From Candidatus Binataceae bacterium (GTDB lineage: Bacteria; Desulfobacterota; Binatia; Binatales; Binataceae), in the NCBI GenBank assembly GCA_963798375.1, contig CAWCTG010000022.1, positions 272,926 through 336,925 of the forward strand: a stretch of DNA of 64,000 nucleotides. The letters are read 5' to 3'. The notes under the pieces are model-generated. The model worked only from the letters and a program-made list of their open reading frames with translations, ran no database searches and had not been told where the DNA came from. A program made the position numbers and the translations under genes. The first letter of the stretch is position 1. Every line of letters starts with the position of its first letter. Shown one piece after another: positions 9,934 to 20,283 of this stretch.

Positions 9934-10053
9934 GAGAGTCCGCCCTTTATCGAAATCAGCGCGGTCAAGTCAAGGAGCGTTTGGCAGGTGTCCTTTGTAG
10001 AGCGGAGAGTGTGACTATGCCGTACGAAGTAGTTGTTGAAGGTGGTGTGCCCA

Positions 10054-10992
10054 TCAACTATCAGGCATCTCCTCGCGCCGGTGCGGATCCGGTCGAAGGA
10101 CGAACAACGCACCGCGTACCGCCAACTCATCCACCGTGTAGCGTCGGAACCCCGCCGCCAGACCCAACCCTTGCACCTGCTTCAGGTCTTCATCGGTGGG
10201 CCCAATCCTCTTCTGGTGGAGCACTGCCAGTCCCGCCTCCTGGAAAGCAGCAACATAGTCGGGATGGCGAAGCCGATTCTGGTAATGAAGATAGGGGTTG
10301 AAGAATCGCCATGTCCGGTCCGAGTATCTCAGGAAGTTGTACGCGGAAATACTCTCGTCAGAGTAAGAGTAATGGTCCTGGTAGTCGATTCGGAATAGCA
10401 TCAGCCCATCAGGCTTCAGCACGCGCCGGCATTCCGCGAGAATTCCCTTCAGTTCCGATTGCGGGATGTGTTCCAGCGTGTTGAATGCGACCACGCAGTC
10501 GATCGTTCCATCGCGCAATCCAGTAGAAGCGGCATCCTGCGGAGCGCGATAATCAATTCCGTAATACTCGCGCAGAGTGGCCAGTGCCCGCCCCCAATCA
10601 CTCTCCAGCATTCGCGGAGGCTGCCGGCACAGTTTAAGTTCCCCGGACATCCGTCCGAGCTGATTCAATACGTGATTCACAAGTTCGGTCCTGACCAGGC
10701 ACCGGCGGTCGGCTAGAATCTGGTGCTCGACCCCAAGCGCCCAAAGGATCAGAGGCAATCGCAGTTCCCACCCAGCCCCGAACTGGTAAATGAGGGCCTG
10801 GCTCAGCGGAATGGCGAGATGACAGTTCACTGCATCGATATGTTCCGCGGCGGCTTTCCTGAGCCGCCGCAAAAACTCGTCGCTCGGCGGAGTACTACGC
10901 GTCACATACCTCTGCGCGTAGTAGTTCGCTGTTTCGCCGAGCGGAGCTAGCGAGAGTCCAAGCTGACACAGCGCCTTTACTCGCCAGTTCAT
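10054..10992 (-). CDS. Class I SAM-dependent methyltransferase
   Basis: YQFGAGW, DCVVAFNTLEHIP, RVLKPDG and IDYQDHY. Confidence 0.8.
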   Translation of the reverse strand: MNWRVKALCQLGLSLAPLGETANYYAQRYVTRSTPPSDEFLRRLRKAAAEHIDAVNCHLAIPLSQALIYQFGAGWELRLPLILWALGVEHQILADRRCLVRTELVNHVLNQLGRMSGELKLCRQPPRMLESDWGRALATLREYYGIDYRAPQDAASTGLRDGTIDCVVAFNTLEHIPQSELKGILAECRRVLKPDGLMLFRIDYQDHYSYSDESISAYNFLRYSDRTWRFFNPYLHYQNRLRHPDYVAAFQEAGLAVLHQKRIGPTDEDLKQVQGLGLAAGFRRYTVDELAVRGALFVLRPDPHRREEMPDS

Positions 10993-11019
10993 GCTGCTAC
11001 CGAGTTATCTGTACCTGAC

Positions 11020-12364
11020 TCAGGACTCAGACAAGGAGCCTCTAGGTTCTGCGCTGGAAACCGACCACAGGTAGCAGGCAAACAAGAACCAAGCCGCGTC
11101 AGTCACGGTGCTGCGTAGCCCGAACGAGGTCACGTACAGGGCGATCTCGTAGTACAAGACGATCACCGGAATATACCCAGCGTTGTGCCCGCACACCTTG
11201 ACATACGCAAGGCTCGCCAAGACAGACAAAATCAAAAGAAAAATTGACGACCCGGGCAGTGTCCAATCGAACGCCATCTGCCGCAGCAAGCTGAACACAT
11301 TTGTGAGTTCGCTGCCGTTCGCGTTCGCGTAGGGCGAGACGTTAATCGAGTTCGGGATTTCGCTGGACGATGTATCCAAGCCACCCTGCGGGCCCGTCGA
11401 AACAGTACCGCCCTAGAGCCGGTGCTCTCCACACGTCCCAGTTCTCACTGAACCACCTGGAAAACGCTGCCGCGTAACCCACGTACTGCACTTCGGCGGT
11501 GCGGACGCTGAACTTCACCAGTACCTCTTCACGTTGGGTCGACACAGGAATTGCACCCGGAGCAAAGACACCCATACGTGCTACTTGCACCATCACATAC
11601 AAAGCCGTCAACGCTACGAGACCCGAACCCAACGTTGTCAACGCGCGGCGCCAGTTGCGCCACAGCCGCCGGTCGCCAATATACGCGCGCGTCGCGCAAT
11701 AGCTCGCAATCCAGTTGATAACGAAGCAAATCAGGCAGGTCCTCGCGCCGAGTACGAAGGTTTCCAGCAGCGCCGGCACTACCCCACTGAGGGAGGCAAG
11801 CCGCTCGAGCCGCGAGCCCCTGCGCGCGAAAATCATCCCTCCCAGGTAGCCAGCGAGATAGATAAACACGCTCAGAATCAGGAACGAGGTCGGCTCCCGG
11901 TAGTTCGCATCGGTGTATCTCATCCCCGCGAAATGCGACGCAACCAAACTCACTACGCTGACCGACACAAAAGCCCACAGCGACTGGCCCGACGTCGAGA
12001 CGAGATATACCACCCCAGCCGTACCCAGGATTGTTGCAGCGAGCAGAAGCGGGAGTGCGAGCGGCAGAGTCAGCCCTTGCGACGCTACTACCTCAGAGGC
12101 GGAGGTCCGATCCGAGGAACCCTCGCCGTTCCAGACCAGGAGACCCCCTAAATGCGCGGTACAACTCATGAAGAGTATCCATAGGATCCCCGGCCAGATC
12201 CGAAATTCGGGCGTGATCGAAAGACTCAGTACGCCTACTGTGGCCCACATTAGGCCGAAGAAAGCCCCGGGGGCCAGCCAGCTGCCAAGCTGATTGCGCG
12301 CCAGGCTAGCCTGCAGGATGATTAAGCCGACGACTGCTGCAGAAAGTGGCCAAGTGGTGTCCAT
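11020..12364 (-). pseudogene. wzy: O-antigen/EPS polymerase Wzy-like, frameshifted near 11342-11380 (real lesion or sequence error)
   Basis: The multi-TM ORF 11342..12364 stops at NPELD*. The overlapping ORF 11020..11379 supplies the expected Wzy C-terminus (TNVFSLLRQMAFDWTLPG followed by TM helices). Confidence 0.7.
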
Positions 12365-13358
12365 CGAAGTGCGTTTAGTCCCGGTCGCTCACCTTTGGAG
12401 ACGAAATCGCTTCTGCGTACCCGTTAAAAGTCTTGTAATCGAAACAACCCGGCTCAATGTTCGCCATTTGGAGCCGCAAATGTTGGCAGTGTTTCAGTTT
12501 GGGGTTTCTATCAATACCCATTCGGTTTTTACCGTAGCCGGCTCTGCTCAAGAGATTTGAAGAGCAGCTTAGCCTTGAGACCAATCAACGGCGGACACAA
12601 ACGATGGATCAAGAAGTACAACGAGGGGCACCATCTGGAGACGGCGCGTCCGACGGGTGGAATGAGCGCGCCGCCCGCACTCCTAACGATATCACAACCT
12701 GGATATAGCGAACGTACACATCGCCGCGTCACGGCCTGGTATCCGCGTCCGCCGTAGCGCCAATCGACGATCAAGAGGAAGCCGCCCGGTTTGGTGACTC
12801 GCGCCATCTCGCGAGCGATGGTTGCGCGGATGGCCGTTTGGGTCAGTTGGAAGAACATGGTTGATTCGATCACTAGATCAAAAGTGGCGTCAGGGTAAGG
12901 AATGTTGCAGGCATCCGCCACAATCAGAGTGCAAGGCGGAAGCCTCTGCCGTCCCCGTTCGATGGCGAGAGGACGAATATCGATCCCGTGCATCATTTGA
13001 GCCGGGAAGCCGAGTTCCAGCAGACGGAGCAGGCTCGCGCCGGCGCCGCAGCCGACATCAAGGATAGCAGCGTTACGACTCGAGCGTAGGCTCGCGAGGG
13101 GCCTCAAGACTTCGCGAATAGCGCGCTGATTGGCAAAATGTTGAAAGACGAGACCTCGGTTGAGTAGCAGGTCGTCGCGGTCAGCTCCTTTCTCGGCAAT
13201 TCTGCGCGAGCAAAATTCCTGAGCCTCGATAGCGTTCATGCACCCTCCAAAACCTCGGGGGTCCGATCTAATAAGTACGCGCTCTCGGCCATTTAGCACC
13301 TGAGGCTCGTGGGCTTGCGCAGTCACGCTAAATTCATCGAAGCGCGTTTAGTCCGGTC
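12362..13358. repeat. 24/25-bp direct repeat pair flanking a methyltransferase (12362-12386 and 13335-13358)
   Basis: catcgaagtgcgtttagtcccggtc versus catcgaagcgcgtttagtcc-ggtc (one mismatch, one indel). Confidence 0.75.
12529..13239 (-). CDS. Class I SAM-dependent methyltransferase
   Basis: ILDVGCGAG, GIDIR, DACNIPYPDATFDLV and VTKPGG; start placed at MNAIEA. Confidence 0.88.
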   Translation of the reverse strand: MNAIEAQEFCSRRIAEKGADRDDLLLNRGLVFQHFANQRAIREVLRPLASLRSSRNAAILDVGCGAGASLLRLLELGFPAQMMHGIDIRPLAIERGRQRLPPCTLIVADACNIPYPDATFDLVIESTMFFQLTQTAIRATIAREMARVTKPGGFLLIVDWRYGGRGYQAVTRRCVRSLYPGCDIVRSAGGALIPPVGRAVSRWCPSLYFLIHRLCPPLIGLKAKLLFKSLEQSRLR

Positions 13359-13382
13359 TTTGAGTGTGCTCAGCCGGGCGGC

Positions 13383-14399
13383 TCAGATCACATAACCGTA
13401 CTGGTGCATCAGCGGGCTCGTTATCACGCTCACTACCTTGCGGTCGCTTTCCTTCATTTTCTGACGCCACTCATCGTCGATCCGAAGGTCCACACCACCC
13501 GAGCTGAACTTCACCGGGTTACCGCTGACTGCGTGATTGACCCCGAGTTGGACGTGGGTCCCCTGAATCATCGAGAGATCGGGTCTGCCAAGGCCGAGCC
13601 GCTCCAGCGCACCCCCGATCGCTTCTCTCGGATCTCGCACGAGATCCTCATACCGTAACCGGGTATAAGGGATCCGGCGGTGCCTCGAGTGGGGGATCCC
13701 CGAAGCCCAGGCATTGCGCCAGGTCCACTGCAGCGCACTTGCCACAGCTCCTTGCCGAAGCAGAATCCGCGTGGCGCCGTCCTCGTCGAATGCGAGTTTC
13801 CGGCTTGCGCTCGAAATCCATTCCGGTTTGCGATGTTGCGAGGCGTCGTTGTCGCTGCGAAATATAGGTTTACCGCGTGAATTCGAGAACGCAACGGCCC
13901 GGCTGTCCCTCACCAGATGGAGCACCCTCAAATCGATGCCCGGAATTCGAGCCAGAATCAGCGCTTGTGACACTTCGCGGCTTGAGTCCACCACGACGCT
14001 CTTGCCCGCCACCTCGCGGATAGCGCGGTATAATCTGCTCAAGGCATCCTCGTAAACCCGTGGCAGTTTACTCCCGAGCAGTTCCGCGGGGACCCGGTTC
14101 AGCAGCATTAGCATCGGCGTATACCGTTCCCGAGCCAGCGACTTGTGCATACTCAGCATCGCGCTCACGTCCAACTGCTCGAACGAGCCGAACGCCTTCT
14201 CGACCACAGCACGCCAGAACTCGCAATGCCGGAAGCGCTCGCCGCATCCGCACGGTTCGTTCTGCTCGAAGGCCTCGTGCCAGATGTTCCTGAGCTCGCC
14301 AACATAGACCGAGTCACTCAAACCATTGAGTATCTGCCCGAGCAGAGTACCTCCGCTGCGGCCATCACCGGCAATAAAAACTACTCGGCTGCCTTCCAT
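13383..14399 (-). CDS. Sulfotransferase family protein
   Basis: 5'-PSB motif IAGDGRSGGTLL, 3'-PB motif HLVRDSRAVAFS and LRYEDLVRDP. The start is uncertain (ORF open to 14546). Confidence 0.88.
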   Translation of the reverse strand: MEGSRVVFIAGDGRSGGTLLGQILNGLSDSVYVGELRNIWHEAFEQNEPCGCGERFRHCEFWRAVVEKAFGSFEQLDVSAMLSMHKSLARERYTPMLMLLNRVPAELLGSKLPRVYEDALSRLYRAIREVAGKSVVVDSSREVSQALILARIPGIDLRVLHLVRDSRAVAFSNSRGKPIFRSDNDASQHRKPEWISSASRKLAFDEDGATRILLRQGAVASALQWTWRNAWASGIPHSRHRRIPYTRLRYEDLVRDPREAIGGALERLGLGRPDLSMIQGTHVQLGVNHAVSGNPVKFSSGGVDLRIDDEWRQKMKESDRKVVSVITSPLMHQYGYVI

Positions 14400-15770
14400 G
14401 ATATTCTCGGAAGGGTCAATCCAAATAACCGTATCCCTAAGTCTCTGCTCATTACCCGATGTAACCACGCGTTCCACAAACACATGCTCGCCGCGGTTGC
14501 AATTGCAGCGCCTACCGACCCGAGCTGCGGCACCAAAACGATACATAGTGCCACATCAGCGAGAGTCGCCCATGCGAAAATCCTGGCGACGGCGTGTTCC
14601 CGCCCGGTTACTATCGCTAGTATACCGACCGGCCCGGCCGCCGAATTAACCAGATTCCCGACCACCAGAATCGCCAAGGCACTGTATCCTGCCGAGAATC
14701 CTGGTCCAAACAGCCCCAGAATGCGACTGCCCCCCGTCCACAGTACGAGCGCGACCCCCAGCGACGGCCAGACCGCCCATGCCACGATGGTCCGGGCCAA
14801 CAAATCGAATCTGGTCCGATCGCCGCGACTCCACGCTTCTGACAGGATCGGTCCGCCCCTCGCGTTGACCACACTCAGGACGAGGCTCCCCAGCCCTGCG
14901 GTCTTAGCCGCTGCTGAATACAGCCCAGCCTCCCCAGGCGACCTGAACAGGCCCAGCGTCAGGAGATCGGCTCGGGACAGGACAACGTAACACCCTGTCG
15001 CCAATAGCAGCGGCAGGGACACTCTCAGCCACGAAACGGTCTCGAATCTTGGCTTCGATCCCCGCGCTGCCATCGGAAGCACGATTTGTGAAACAGCAAA
15101 CTGCAGGATTAGCGTGACGGAGAGAGAAAAGTATCTCGCCATCATCAACAGGGTCGCGCTGAGATGCCCGCGCATACCCTTCAGCGCCAGCGCGGATCCC
15201 AGGCACAGCAAAGGATCGGCCAGAAACGGAAACAGATAGGCAAGAGCGACGCGGTTGAGAGAGTGGCCGATCTCGCTTTCCAGATAAGGACAGGGCTGTG
15301 GCCGGGACGAGCCAGGTCCCGAGTAACAGCACTACAATGTCGAGGCTGCCCGGTCGTACGATCGACAAAACAATAGTCAGCAGCGCCGCCAATGCAATGC
15401 CGGCCGCGACGGTAAGCTGCCTGCTGCGCCGCACTATTCCCCGTAGTCCAGTCCAATCATCTCTCGCCACGTAGCCGGGCACAAACCGCATCAGTGCGAT
15501 AGGCAGCCCAAGTCCACTGACCATTGCCAGGATTTGCCCAAGCGCGATCGCGTAAACGTAGTTGCCATACTCGGCCGCTCCCATCCAGCGCGCGAAAAGC
15601 ACCTGCGAGCCGTACTGCAGGCCCGCGCTCGCAATCCAGATGAGAGCGACCGCCGCAGAACCCGCCAGCGGGTGCGGCACCACGCCATTTGCTTCAGGCT
15701 CGGGAGCGAGCTCCCTTCCCGCGCCAAGCACTCGGGGCGGTTGTGCGGAACCAATGCTTTCCTTGCGCAA
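14381..15770 (-). pseudogene. wzx: Wzx-like flippase/polysaccharide biosynthesis protein, frameshifted near 15285
   Basis: The N-half (QVLFARWMGAAEYGNY...LGLP) and C-half (RADLLTLG, EAGLYSAA, LVPQLGSVGAAIAT) lie in different frames. Removing one base at tcctta|t|ctggaa joins them. Confidence 0.75.
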
Positions 15771-15878
15771 TACCCAGGACCAGTTGTCAGAGGCGGAATG
15801 GACCCGGCGGCTCGACGATGCCGGCGATGAGGACCAGGCGACGGTGCACTTTGCAAAACCCCCGGGTGTACATAATGG

Positions 15879-16838
15879 CTAGCGGGCCGGGTCTCCGCGC
15901 GTTTCGCGGCCGGAGGCCAGCGCCAGCTCGCGCTCGCCTTCACCATAGGTCCATGGCTCCCGAGTAAGTATGATGAGGCAGGAAATGAACAACGTAATCA
16001 CAAACCCAAGACCGCTGACCATGAGCACACTCGGAGAATACGGCTTATCCGACGCCTTCGGAGCATCTATTACCTTAAAGGCGAAATTAGCATCCACCAT
16101 AGCGAGCTTCTGTTGTTGCAACTGGTCGGCGATGAGCTGAAAAAGCTGCTGCTGGAGCAGAGTGTCGGGAGTAGATCCCGCCTCGTCTCTTAGTGATTTC
16201 GCAGTCGCGGTGGTGGTTCTGACCTGTTCCTCTCGAAGTTTTGCTCTCAAGTCATCAATGTAGAAGCCGAGTATCGACTGCGCCAGCATGCGGTCGCGAT
16301 CCTGGTAGTAAAGCGTTAAGTTCCCGGTGCTGATCGAATAGTCGCAGCTGAAGCGTTTCTGCAGCGTTCGAAATATCTCCCAGGAAGGATCCGGGTGTTG
16401 ATTCCACGGACGCCAATGCTTCGTTCCCAGCAACCCCCGTTCGAGATGGTGGTTTTTGACCATCGCCAAGCTGAATTGGAAGCTCTCGACGGTCGACATG
16501 AGCTCTTCAGCCCGCGAGGTAGGCAAAATCTGCTCGACCAAAGAGGAGACGTTGAGCGGCTGCTCCATGGCGGCCAACCGGTTTGGCATCACCTCGGATA
16601 CCGGGCGCAGCACGGCTTCCGCCCGATACCACTTGGTCATCACGAACATCGCCAGGAAAGCGCAACCCAACGTAGCAACCGATGTTGCACACGCCAACAA
16701 TTTCCAACTGCGAGCCAGCACAACCAACGCCGGCAAGCGCGGCGGTTGGAAGTGGCCGGCTCGGCGCTCCGCCGGTTGAGCCCGTGCCTCAGGCGCTACG
16801 GATGACGCGTGAGCCATCGCGGAATTTTCGCCTCCCAC
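15879..16838 (-). CDS. Wzz/polysaccharide co-polymerase (chain-length determinant)
   Basis: N-terminal TM after VLARSWKLL, YRAEAVL, central coiled coil, FKVIDAPKAS.KP.SP and C-terminal TM. Confidence 0.8.
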   Translation of the reverse strand: MGGENSAMAHASSVAPEARAQPAERRAGHFQPPRLPALVVLARSWKLLACATSVATLGCAFLAMFVMTKWYRAEAVLRPVSEVMPNRLAAMEQPLNVSSLVEQILPTSRAEELMSTVESFQFSLAMVKNHHLERGLLGTKHWRPWNQHPDPSWEIFRTLQKRFSCDYSISTGNLTLYYQDRDRMLAQSILGFYIDDLRAKLREEQVRTTTATAKSLRDEAGSTPDTLLQQQLFQLIADQLQQQKLAMVDANFAFKVIDAPKASDKPYSPSVLMVSGLGFVITLFISCLIILTREPWTYGEGERELALASGRETRGDPAR

Positions 16839-16993
16839 CGTGCAATCTTAGCATGAATTCCATGGCGCCACCTCGGTGCTCGTGCCGGTTGCTGACCTCT
16901 CTGCCAAGCAGCCCATGTCCAAATCCCGACGCGCGCTGAAGCGGGCATCTGATCTACGCCGAGCACGTCATCGTTTCCTGATTATCTATCACC

Positions 16994-18151
16994 TCAGCGC
17001 AGCCGCTGAAGGCGCCGACAGGCCACGTCCAACTCGGCGTCATCCTTCGCATAGCATAGCCGCACCAGGTTTTCACCGCCGCCAGCGTGATAGAAGGCCT
17101 CTCCCGGAACCGCTGCCACCCCGCATTCGCGCAGCAGATGCATCGCCTTCTGCTTGCTGGTCGCACCCGGTAATCGCGAGACATCCGCCAGCACGTAGTA
17201 GGCGCCCTGGGGAACGCAGGGCGTCAGCCCGGCTGAAGTCAAGGCGCGGCAAAGCCGCTCGCGCTTATCCGTGTAGTGGACCAGCAAGTCGTCGTAGTAG
17301 GAGCGCGGCAGTTCGTTCATACCGCGGGCCACACCGCACTGAAGCGGCGCCGGCGCACATACGTAGATCAGATCGTTCATGTGGCCGATTATCTCGGCCC
17401 ACCGCCGCTGGGCGACGCTATATCCGACTCGCCAACCGGTAATGCTGTAGGTCTTGGATACGCCCGAAATGGTGATCGTCCGATCAGCCAATCCCGAGAT
17501 CGAGGCCGGGCTCAAATGTCGACGGCCGTCGTACACGAAATATTCGTAAATTTCGTCGGTGAATATGAACAGGTCACGGCGGCACGCTATATCACCAATC
17601 GATTCGATTTCGCCGCGGTCGAATACCTTGCCCGAGGGATTGGCCGGAGTGTTGATCATGATCCCCTTGGTACGCGGAGTGATTGCGCGCTCCAAATCGC
17701 GCAACTCAAAGCGCCAGTCCGGGGGATGCATCCTGACGTAACTGGCGGTCGCTCCGACCGCTTCGATCGTGTTGAGGTGATATCCATAGTAGGGCTCGAA
17801 CAGTATCACCTCGTCCCCTGGATCCAGCAGGGCGAGACAGGTGCAATAGAAGGCGCCGGTTGAACCCGAGCTTACCGTAATTTCAGTCTCAGGATCGGCA
17901 CAGATACCGTTGAAGTCGCGCAGCTTCACCGCAATGGCTCGCCGCAACTCCTCCAGTCCATCGAACCGCGTGTAACTGTTAATTCCCTCATCAATCGCGA
18001 TTTGCGCGCCGCTCCGCACGGGAGACGGCACGCCAGTATCGCATACGCCCTGGGCGAGGTTGATGCCGCCAAGCTTCTCGCATTCAAGGGTCATCACCCG
18101 GATCTCCGCCTGCGTAATCCGCTCCGCGCGCTGACTCAACCCAAGCGCCAC
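16994..18151 (-). CDS. PLP-dependent aminotransferase class I/II
   Basis: INLAQG, NTPANPSG, DEIYEY and SKTYSITGWRVGY; GTG start with GGAG RBS just after the upstream stop. Confidence 0.92.
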   Translation of the reverse strand: MALGLSQRAERITQAEIRVMTLECEKLGGINLAQGVCDTGVPSPVRSGAQIAIDEGINSYTRFDGLEELRRAIAVKLRDFNGICADPETEITVSSGSTGAFYCTCLALLDPGDEVILFEPYYGYHLNTIEAVGATASYVRMHPPDWRFELRDLERAITPRTKGIMINTPANPSGKVFDRGEIESIGDIACRRDLFIFTDEIYEYFVYDGRRHLSPASISGLADRTITISGVSKTYSITGWRVGYSVAQRRWAEIIGHMNDLIYVCAPAPLQCGVARGMNELPRSYYDDLLVHYTDKRERLCRALTSAGLTPCVPQGAYYVLADVSRLPGATSKQKAMHLLRECGVAAVPGEAFYHAGGGENLVRLCYAKDDAELDVACRRLQRLR

Positions 18152-18152
18152 T

Positions 18153-19277
18153 TTAACTCCGATCCGGCCCGCGCCTGGAGAAGAACTCTCGGATCTGCCC
18201 CGTTGTGTAATCCACTTGTTCAAAGGTGGTTTCAGCGCTCATCGGCAGCGAGATAACCTCGCGGCAAATGGCCTCGGTCTCAGGCAGTCCGGGATTTTTC
18301 AACCCCAGCCCACGATGCTCCCACATCGGCTTGGGCCAATGGACCAGGGTCTCGACGCCCGCCTCGCGAAGGTACTCGCGCAGACGATCCCGCGCCCGGG
18401 TCCGAATGACATAGTTCTGGAAGATGTCCCACTGGCCGGTTTCGGGAAAATGCGGCAACGCCAGATTGTTGATTTCGGACAGACCACGCCGGTAGCGTTC
18501 AGCCACTTCACGCCGATGCTTCAACCAAACCGGAAGGTGGCGCAGCTTAACACTGAGCACCGCAGCCTGAACATTGTCGAGCAGCGCGGTCTGTCCATGG
18601 TAGTGATACTCTCCGGTCTCGCGATCCTCCCCGTTGTAGCGCAGCCGGCTCGCCATCTGCGCGACTTGCGGATCGTTCGTGGTGAGCGCACCCCCATCGC
18701 CGAAGCCGCCCAATACCTTGAAAGGATAGAAGCTGAAGCAACCCGCGGCTCCCATACTGCCCGCCATCTGGCCGTTGAACGTGGCGCCCAGCGCCTGCGC
18801 CGCGTCTTCCACCACACTTATGCGGTGGCGCCGCGCGATCGACATGATCTGATCCATCGCGGCGACACGCCCGTTCAGATGCACTGGCAGCAACGCCTTG
18901 GTCCTTGGTGTAATCGCCGCCTCGATCCGGTCTGCATCTATGTTGTAGTCGGGAGCAACGTCGATCAGTATTGGAGTGGCGCCACAATGAATGATCGCCG
19001 AAACGGTCGCGACGAAGGTATGAGCGACGGTGATGACCTCATCGCCCGGACCAACGCCGATCCCCATCAGGGCAAACAGCAGGGCGTGATAGCCGCTGTT
19101 TAGGCCTACCGCGTACTTGACTCCGACAAATTCGGCCAGGTCTTTCTCGAACTCTCGGAGCTGATGGCGGTAAATCAAATCGCCGTTGCATAGGCAGTCC
19201 TGAATAGCACCATCGATCTCGGCCTTCAAATTTTGATAGTGGAGCTTCGGATCTATGAAGGGTACCTTGTACGCCAT
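18153..19277 (-). CDS. DegT/DnrJ/EryC1/StrS sugar aminotransferase
   Basis: GPGDEVITVAHTFVAT, PVHLNG, VEDAAQALG and SFYPFKVLGGFGDGGA. Confidence 0.95.
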   Translation of the reverse strand: MAYKVPFIDPKLHYQNLKAEIDGAIQDCLCNGDLIYRHQLREFEKDLAEFVGVKYAVGLNSGYHALLFALMGIGVGPGDEVITVAHTFVATVSAIIHCGATPILIDVAPDYNIDADRIEAAITPRTKALLPVHLNGRVAAMDQIMSIARRHRISVVEDAAQALGATFNGQMAGSMGAAGCFSFYPFKVLGGFGDGGALTTNDPQVAQMASRLRYNGEDRETGEYHYHGQTALLDNVQAAVLSVKLRHLPVWLKHRREVAERYRRGLSEINNLALPHFPETGQWDIFQNYVIRTRARDRLREYLREAGVETLVHWPKPMWEHRGLGLKNPGLPETEAICREVISLPMSAETTFEQVDYTTGQIREFFSRRGPDRS

Positions 19278-19278
19278 C

Positions 19279-20277
19279 CTATGCTGGTCCTTTCTTCGAC
19301 GACCCGCAAAACATTTGCCTCACCCCTGACACTACATCCGCGGCCCCGATAAAATAGAAAGCCTCGAGTGCCGCGCTGCTGGGCGCGGGTGCGTCTGGCA
19401 GGGTGATTCGGAGGATCGCGTGGCGCAGATGGCCGAATGCCTCAGCTCCGATAGTGGCGGCGATTTCCGCTGCCACTCCGCAGGTATGCCACGCGGCGTC
19501 CGCAATAACCAATCGCCTCGTTTTTGCTACTGACTGCAAAATCGTATCGCGGTCCCAGGGCTTTATTGAGCGCAGGTCGATCACTTCGCAATCGATACCC
19601 TCGCGTGACAACATCTCCGCAGCCAAGACCGACTCCTTCACCATGATCGACGTGGCAACGATCGTAACGTCCCGCCCTCGGCGCTGAACGGCTGCAGTTC
19701 CAATCGGTACGCTGTACATCTCCTCCGGCACATGTCCGCTTTCTGCGTAGAGCCAGCGGTCGTCTATATACAGCACCGGATTTCCATCGTTCACGGCGGC
19801 GATTAAGAGCCCTTTGGCGTCATACGCTGTAGCAGGCATTACCACCTTGAGACCGGGAATGTGCATGAACATGGCCTGAAGCGCCTGGGCGTGTTGCGCG
19901 CCTTGCTCACCGCCTCGATTGATTACTGCCCGGATTACCAGTGGCACCTTCACCTTGCCCGCAAACATATATGACCAGTTGGCCGCCTGGTTGACGATCG
20001 GATCGACAGCTAGAAGCATGAAGTCCATTCGGGGATGAAATACTATGGGACGCATACCCGCCAGCGCCGCTCCAACCGCCAGGCCCGTGGTGGCATTTTC
20101 GGAAACCGGGGAATCGATCACCCGATCGCGTCCGAACTGCTTTTCGAGGTCCTGCATCGAACCGCCCGCATACCACGGACTCCACAATCCTTGTCCGATA
20201 ATGAACACGCGAGAATCCTGACTGAGAAGCTGCGCGTGAGCTTCCCGCAGAGCGCTGACATAACTGAGCGTTCTCAC
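19279..20277 (-). CDS. 2-oxoacid dehydrogenase E1 beta-like subunit
   Basis: FGRDRVIDSPVSE, GEQGAQHAQ, IPGLKVVMP and EVIDLRSIKPWD. Confidence 0.92.
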   Translation of the reverse strand: MRTLSYVSALREAHAQLLSQDSRVFIIGQGLWSPWYAGGSMQDLEKQFGRDRVIDSPVSENATTGLAVGAALAGMRPIVFHPRMDFMLLAVDPIVNQAANWSYMFAGKVKVPLVIRAVINRGGEQGAQHAQALQAMFMHIPGLKVVMPATAYDAKGLLIAAVNDGNPVLYIDDRWLYAESGHVPEEMYSVPIGTAAVQRRGRDVTIVATSIMVKESVLAAEMLSREGIDCEVIDLRSIKPWDRDTILQSVAKTRRLVIADAAWHTCGVAAEIAATIGAEAFGHLRHAILRITLPDAPAPSSAALEAFYFIGAADVVSGVRQMFCGSSKKGPA

Positions 20278-20283
20278 GAATGT

